From: Alphaproteobacteria bacterium
Lineage (GTDB): Bacteria > Pseudomonadota > Alphaproteobacteria > UBA6615
Assembly (NCBI GenBank): GCA_965261975.1
Contig: CBDHEC010000050.1
Coordinates: forward strand, 11,107-75,106
Reading direction: 5' to 3'
DNA: 64,000 nt
The notes beneath the pieces are model-generated. The model was not told the origin of the DNA and searched no databases. It saw nothing but the letters and a program-made list of their open reading frames with translations. The translations under genes were made by a program, and so were the position numbers. Below are positions 58,681 to 64,000 of this stretch, one piece after another. Every line of letters starts with the position of its first letter. Position 1 is the stretch's first letter.

Positions 58681-59715
58681 TCAGACCGCCTCGTCACCAC
58701 GTTCGAACCAGGTGGTGACATTGCCATACTGGCGATTCTCGTCGAGGCGCGTGTCCTCGGCCAGGAGACGGGCCCAGGTGTCGGCGGGCATGAAACGCGG
58801 CGCCAGATATTTGTAGAGGTCCCGCAGAAGGGGAGCCAGGACATAGGGATCGGAAATATTGCCCGGCAGGCGCTCCCAGGCCCCCGTGATCTCGTCCCAG
58901 GGATTCAAACGGGCGAACATCTCATCGCGAATGTCGCGTATCGCAATTCGATGAAACTCGAAATTCTCGAACAGTGAAACGATGCTCGAAAGTCGCGCAT
59001 CGACCTCCGCCAGGCTTCGCCCCATCGCGTGGATGGGGATGGAGATAAGGCGCGCGACAGGATCAACATCGCTGACAATACTCGCATGGTGGGCGAAGTC
59101 ACGGCGCACCTTCTTCAACCGACTCCCGACCTGGCAAACCGCCAGGTAGCGTTCGCGCAATGCCTCGATAAAGGAAATCTCCTCCACGACGGCGTCCATG
59201 ATTTCCGCGATGGCATCGCCGTCGATACAATCTCCAAGTTCAGATGCGATGCGGCCCAAAGCAACGCCGACGGCAACATCGTCCACATGGGCGGCGACAA
59301 AACGTTCGAGCTTGACCGGGTCACTCAATACGACCGGCTGTCCCATCTGCCAGGCGGTGAGACACGCACCTATTTTCTTGAGCGCCACGTCTCTGTGCAG
59401 CCGGCTAGGCTGCCAGGACGCATCTCCGGTCAAAATCTCGGGAGGGATCGGGTCGCCGATACCCAGCAGACTGACGAACCGCAAGCTCCGCTCCACCGTG
59501 TTGAGCATGACGGCGTCATGCCCATATTCACGTATGGCGAACTCGCGCTTGATACCCGCGAAGGTCAAGGTGACATTCTGTGCGCCCAGACCGAAAGAAT
59601 AAACGGGAAAGCCCTCGCTCTCGTCGAGACGAAAATGCGCGTCGGGAAAGGACGTGAAAAAGCGGTGCTCAAACGTAACCAGGTCGGGTGCCTTGAAAGT
59701 TAGAAGCTGGCCCAT
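58681..59715 (-). CDS. Hypothetical protein (344 aa, largely helical)
   Basis: Only long ORF filling the gap. Protein-like sequence (FEHRFF, D..MLNTVERSLRFV..L..GDPIPPEILTGDASW, LYKYLAPRFMP). No recognised family. Confidence 0.75.
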   Translation of the reverse strand: MGQLLTFKAPDLVTFEHRFFTSFPDAHFRLDESEGFPVYSFGLGAQNVTLTFAGIKREFAIREYGHDAVMLNTVERSLRFVSLLGIGDPIPPEILTGDASWQPSRLHRDVALKKIGACLTAWQMGQPVVLSDPVKLERFVAAHVDDVAVGVALGRIASELGDCIDGDAIAEIMDAVVEEISFIEALRERYLAVCQVGSRLKKVRRDFAHHASIVSDVDPVARLISIPIHAMGRSLAEVDARLSSIVSLFENFEFHRIAIRDIRDEMFARLNPWDEITGAWERLPGNISDPYVLAPLLRDLYKYLAPRFMPADTWARLLAEDTRLDENRQYGNVTTWFERGDEAV

Positions 59716-59793
59716 ATTCGATCATCCACAACAGGAAATACGCGCGCGCAACGCCACGCAGGCGTCGCGCCCCAGCATTCTTGCTCTGGTTGT

Positions 59794-59808
59794 TTAATGA
59801 ATCATAAA
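59794..59808 (-). promoter_or_regulatory. Candidate CtrA box containing a GANTC site
   Basis: TTAA-TGAATCA-TAAA matches TTAA-N7-TTAA at 7/8, about 80 bp upstream of ATG 59715; the spacer holds GAATC. Confidence 0.4.
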
Positions 59809-59873
59809 ACCCGTTTTGGGTGTCACCAGGTCATTTGGTCATTCGGCACTGGCGGCACAGTTCGGAGTGACGC

Positions 59874-61565
59874 CTAGGCTTGCGCCAGCATCCCGGCCGA
59901 AATTTTTTCCGCCATCATGATGGTCGGCAAATTGGTATTGCCCCGCGGCAGTGACGGCATCAGCGACGCATCGACCACGCGAAGCCCCTCAACCCCATAG
60001 ACCTGCCCTTGCGGGTTGGTCACCGCTGCGGGGTCATCTTCGGAACCCATTCGACACGTCCCCGCCGGGTGGAACACCCCCGCGATACTTTTGCCGACGA
60101 TTTCATCCAGCGCTTCCGGGTCTCTGGCGAGCGTTGCGATATCGATGCCGGGCTCGGAGAGGCCGGCCAGCACCGGTCGCCCCACAGCCGGCACCGTATC
60201 GAACATCCCCGCCAGGATTTTCGCGCGCAGGCTGTTGAACGCGTTGATGTCGTTGAGGGCGCGCATCTTGTTCGGGCGCGAAACGGGATAGGCACAATGC
60301 CAGAGAGGCCGCACCTCGGGCGACAACAGGATTTCGAGCGCTCGCTGCACACCGCCGGTCAGGCGAAGCCGGTCTCGCGCGTCGTCCAGATAGTTGAATT
60401 CGATGCGCGGACTAATGGCCTCACCATCACGGGCAAGTGTTACATCGCCCGACGACGCCGGCTTGAGCAGGGTCGGCACGAGCGCCCCGACCCGCCGTCC
60501 CAGGGCATGCCAGCCGATCTTGCTCGAAATCGACATGCTCATATCCAGCGGGCCGCAACCCTCGACGCCCGAAGAGAAGCGCTCGGTCGCGGTCGAATGG
60601 GACTTCATCGCAGCCGGCTGGGCGGCATCACGGCGCAGCTGGGCCACGATATAGACCACGGCATGGTTCAACAGGTTGGCACCGACACCCGCTCGATCAA
60701 CCATCACAGGCACCCCGGCTTCGCGCAGCCCGGCTGCGGGACCGATACCTGCGCGCAACAGGATCACCGGTGATTGAAGTGCACCGGCGCAGACGATCAC
60801 CTCGTTGGCAGAAAATTCCTGTGTCGCGCCATCGACCCGGGCTGCCACGCCCGTCACGCGGGCACCCTCCGTGACCAGGCGCTCGACATGCGCGTCGGTT
60901 ACGATGGTCAGGTTTTCGCGCGCGCGTGTCGCCGCGTCGACATAGCAGATCGCCGTGGACGCCCGCTTGTCCGGAAACCGGCTCAACGGCAGCGCACCGA
61001 CACCCTCGCGGAATTCACTGTTCAGGTCATCGATCGGGGCGACCTGACGGTTGCGGCTCCAACTGTCGACGCCGTTCACGAATGGCGGCCATTGTGTACG
61101 CGACACGCGGCGAATGGGGAGCGGACCATCCTTGCCGTGGAGCGGGTTCCCGGCCTCGCTGTCCACATCCGACTCCAGGTTGCGGAAATGCGGCAACACC
61201 GCGTCCCAGTTCCAGCCATCCGCGCCCATGGCGGCCCATTCGTCGTAATCATCGGGCGTCCCGCGGAGCGCGACCATGCCGTTGATCGAAGACGTACCGC
61301 CCATGATCCGGCCCTGGCGGAACGGCCCGGCCGAAGAATTATGGTGTCGGCGCGCATGCCCGCGGATGGCGCCCCAGGCGTAGGCCGGATTGAAGTAGGA
61401 CATGGGATAGGTATCGAGCACATCCGCCGGCTCGCGCCCCGGTGCCGTGTCCTGCCCTGCTTCCAGCAGCAACACCCGATTCCCCGATCTCGCCGAGAGC
61501 CGGCTCGCCATCACGCAACCGGCCGAACCGGCCCCGACGATCACATAGTCGTAAACATTGCCCAT
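59874..61565 (-). CDS. GMC family oxidoreductase
   Basis: DYVIVGAGSAG, GRIMGGTSSINGM, GALQSPVILLRAGIG, FHPAGTCRMG, GLRVVDAS.MP...GNTN. Confidence 0.95.
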   Translation of the reverse strand: MGNVYDYVIVGAGSAGCVMASRLSARSGNRVLLLEAGQDTAPGREPADVLDTYPMSYFNPAYAWGAIRGHARRHHNSSAGPFRQGRIMGGTSSINGMVALRGTPDDYDEWAAMGADGWNWDAVLPHFRNLESDVDSEAGNPLHGKDGPLPIRRVSRTQWPPFVNGVDSWSRNRQVAPIDDLNSEFREGVGALPLSRFPDKRASTAICYVDAATRARENLTIVTDAHVERLVTEGARVTGVAARVDGATQEFSANEVIVCAGALQSPVILLRAGIGPAAGLREAGVPVMVDRAGVGANLLNHAVVYIVAQLRRDAAQPAAMKSHSTATERFSSGVEGCGPLDMSMSISSKIGWHALGRRVGALVPTLLKPASSGDVTLARDGEAISPRIEFNYLDDARDRLRLTGGVQRALEILLSPEVRPLWHCAYPVSRPNKMRALNDINAFNSLRAKILAGMFDTVPAVGRPVLAGLSEPGIDIATLARDPEALDEIVGKSIAGVFHPAGTCRMGSEDDPAAVTNPQGQVYGVEGLRVVDASLMPSLPRGNTNLPTIMMAEKISAGMLAQA

Positions 61566-61741
61566 CACGGGTCCTCGAAAGCACTATTCAACCAACCCGA
61601 TTCATATCAGGAAGCGAACCGGATGTTTATGGCCCGACCGGGAGAAACCACCCGGCGCCGTTTGAACCCCGCCGCCACAGGTCTAGTATGGGCGCAACAG
61701 GAATAGGCGCGCCGAACGCGCAACAGCACGGGGGAACAATC

Positions 61742-63400
61742 ATGCAGAACGACATCACCGGCGCATCGGCCTTCCTGGCATTGCTGCGCGACGAGGGCGT
61801 GACCCATCTGTTCGGCAATCCGGGCACGACCGAATTGCCGATCATGGACGCCATGCCGGATTACACCGACGACATGTCCTATGTGCTGGGCCTCCAGGAA
61901 TCCCTGGTCGTGGCCATGGCCGATGGATACACCCGCGCCTCGGGGCGGCTGGCCGCGTGCAACGTCCATGTGGCGCCGGGCCTCGGCAATGCCATGGGTG
62001 CGCTCTACAACGCACGCTTCACCCACACGCCGATGATCATAACCGCGGGCCAGCAGGAGACCGGCCACGGTCTGACGGAGCCGTTGCTCTATGACCCGTT
62101 GGTTCCCATCGCGACGCCCGTGGTGAAATGGGCAACCGAGGTCACCCGACTGGAAGACCTCCCGCGCATCATGCACCGCGCCGGCAAGGTGGCGATGACC
62201 GCGCCGACGGGGCCCGTGTTCATCTCGCTGCCGGGCGACGTGCTGAACGACCGGAAGGGCATCGATCTTGGGTCGCGCACACGCGTGGACACCGCCATGC
62301 GCCCGACTGATGCAGGCCTCGAGGCGTTGGCCGACCGGCTGCTCGCGGCGAAACGCCCCGCGATCCTCGCGGGTAACGAGGTGGTGACGTCCGACGCGCT
62401 GGACGAGGTCGCGCGTTTCGCCGAGGTGCTGGGAGCGCCCGCGTTCCAGCAAACCACGGCCTATGGGTCCTTCTTCCCCTCCGAACACCCGGCCTTCATG
62501 GGCGCGTTGTCGCGCAACCAGACCGAGGTGCGTGGTATTCTCGCGGACTATGACCTGCTGGTCGTGGTCGGGGCGGATGTCCTGCGCATGTCGGTGATGA
62601 GCGAGACCGAACCCCTGCCCGACGGCATGCCGATCGTTCAGATCGGGCTGTTCGACTGGGAGATGGGCAAGAATTATCCCACCGACACGGCCGTGCGCGG
62701 CGACGTGCGCGAGACCCTGGCGGTCCTGAACCCGGTGATCGAGGCGCGGAGCGACCATGCGGAAACCGCCAAAGCGCGGATCGCAGCGGTGGCCGAGAAC
62801 AACTGGTCGGCCAAGCGCGCCCGGCGCGCCGTCGAGCTTGCCGCCGACGCCGAGGCAACGCCGATCCGGTCGGACTGGCTGATGATGACCATCGCCGACG
62901 CGCTGCCGGCCGGGGCAATCACCGTCAACGAAGGCCTGACCACGACCTGGAACTTGCTCCAGTATCTGCCGTTTCGCGATCGCTACGACTTCCACTCCTT
63001 CGCCAGCGGCGGCATAGGCTGGGCCTTACCCGCAGCCGTCGGCGTACAGATCGCCCAACCCAACCGTCCCGTGGTCGCGCTCGTTGGAGACGGCTCGGCC
63101 ATGTACTCGATCCAGGCGCTGTGGACGGCCGCGCACCTGCGCATCCCCGTCACCTATGTGATCCTCAACAACCAGGGCTACCGGATCATCAAGCAGCGGC
63201 TGAAGGCGTTTCACGGCAACGAAACCTATATAGGCATGGACTTCGAAGACCCCGCCATCGACTTCGTCTCGATGGCCGAGTCCATGGGTGTTTCGGCGAC
63301 CCGCGTGACCGAGCCCGGCGCAGTGCGCGCCGCGCTGGAGGCCGCCGTCGCGAACCCCGGGCCGAACCTGATCGACATCTGCGTGGAGCGCGGCGTCTGA
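61742..63400 (+). CDS. Thiamine-diphosphate enzyme, benzoylformate decarboxylase-like
   Basis: FGNPGTTELP, LQE, HVAPGLGNAMG, AGQQ, GGIGWALPAAVG, GDGSAMYSIQALW...LNNQGY. Confidence 0.9.
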   Translation: MQNDITGASAFLALLRDEGVTHLFGNPGTTELPIMDAMPDYTDDMSYVLGLQESLVVAMADGYTRASGRLAACNVHVAPGLGNAMGALYNARFTHTPMIITAGQQETGHGLTEPLLYDPLVPIATPVVKWATEVTRLEDLPRIMHRAGKVAMTAPTGPVFISLPGDVLNDRKGIDLGSRTRVDTAMRPTDAGLEALADRLLAAKRPAILAGNEVVTSDALDEVARFAEVLGAPAFQQTTAYGSFFPSEHPAFMGALSRNQTEVRGILADYDLLVVVGADVLRMSVMSETEPLPDGMPIVQIGLFDWEMGKNYPTDTAVRGDVRETLAVLNPVIEARSDHAETAKARIAAVAENNWSAKRARRAVELAADAEATPIRSDWLMMTIADALPAGAITVNEGLTTTWNLLQYLPFRDRYDFHSFASGGIGWALPAAVGVQIAQPNRPVVALVGDGSAMYSIQALWTAAHLRIPVTYVILNNQGYRIIKQRLKAFHGNETYIGMDFEDPAIDFVSMAESMGVSATRVTEPGAVRAALEAAVANPGPNLIDICVERGV

Positions 63401-63434
63401 TCATGTTGTCCGGCCGGGCGGAGACACGAGCGCC

Positions 63435-64000
63435 ATGACCGCAGAAAGCCGGCCGTCTGTGCTGGCGCCCTTCTCCGTGCGCAGCTTTCGTTTCCAGTGG
63501 CCGGCGGACCTCGCGACGTCATGGTCGTTCGAAATGGAGACGCCTGATCCTCGGCTGGTATGTGCTGGTCGCGACGGATTCGGTACTGCTGCTGACATTG
63601 TTTGCGGCACTTCAGTATGGCGGCACCCTCGTGGCACCGATGTTCGGCGTCGCCGGAGACCGTGCCGGCGCACGAAGTGTTCTGTGCGCGATGCGGGCCT
63701 TCTACATGGTGCAAGCCGCCATGCTGACGGGCTTCATCTACTTCGACGCGCTGGGCCCCGTGCCGGTGTTCGTCATCGGGGCGATGATGGGAATCGTACG
63801 TCCGTCGGACAACGCCATCCGCTATTCCCTGGTGGGTGAGACCATACCCGCCAAACGCCTGGTCGGAGCGATGGGAATCTCGCGGACCACGACGGATTCC
63901 GCCCGCGTCGCGGGCGCGCTGGCCGGCGCAAGCATGGTCGCCACCCTCGGCATGGCACCGGCCTATACCGCCGTCACGATCCTCTACGCAGTCTCGGTTC
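63435..64000 (+). CDS. MFS transporter, partial, frameshift near 63542
   Basis: FRFQWPADLATSWSFEMET then, after removing one base, LILGWYVLVATDS...FGVAGDRAGAR (MFS motif A-like). Runs off the window. Confidence 0.8.

Noticed and set aside
61442-61741. 100-aa N-terminal extension of the ThDP enzyme in the ORF track
   Set aside because: Overlaps the divergent GMC gene start and promoter region. The family N-terminus begins at ATG 61742 after a GGGGG RBS.
1490-63550. Programmed frameshifting as the explanation for slips near 1497, 4230, 41405, 48105 and 63542
   Set aside because: No slippery heptamer or homopolymer tract at the sites and the genes are unrelated. Single-base sequencing error or mutation is simpler.
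1-64000. tRNA, rRNA, CRISPR array, transposase, integrase, prophage or defence system
   Set aside because: Intergenic gaps are short, and I saw no cloverleaf, repeat-spacer array or relevant protein motif. A covariance-model scan was not possible.

Overview
A GC-rich chromosomal window from an alphaproteobacterium, probably Rhodospirillales-like. That assignment rests on ALA-synthase hemA, the HDAC-xseB-ispA-dxs and tlyA-rlmD gene order, fabI-aroC, and TipF/TipN-like genes. It holds about 60 genes, mostly housekeeping and catabolic enzymes. I found no rRNA, tRNA, CRISPR array, transposase or prophage gene. The most unusual region is 35.9-44.7 kb. There, an RND periplasmic adaptor fused to four EF-hand loops and its permease are followed by a CRP-family regulator with an E. 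coli-CRP-type RETVAR helix. Immediately downstream is a near-perfect TGTGA-N6-TCACA box at exact class II spacing. It lies upstream of an unannotated 29-aa membrane peptide whose 3' UTR forms hairpins with a CCUCCUCC anti-Shine-Dalgarno loop. On the opposite strand are a TPR/beta-barrel outer-membrane protein and a CHASE2-type adenylate cyclase. Several genes carry frameshifts, one has an internal amber codon, one has an ATA start and one has a large deletion. Some of these are probably assembly errors, but all four cyclic-nucleotide signalling genes are affected. A four-gene insert splits dxs from tlyA and contains atypical enzymes, a low-GC SecDF-head ORF and a second small ORF. All family calls come from motif recognition by eye; no database searches were run.
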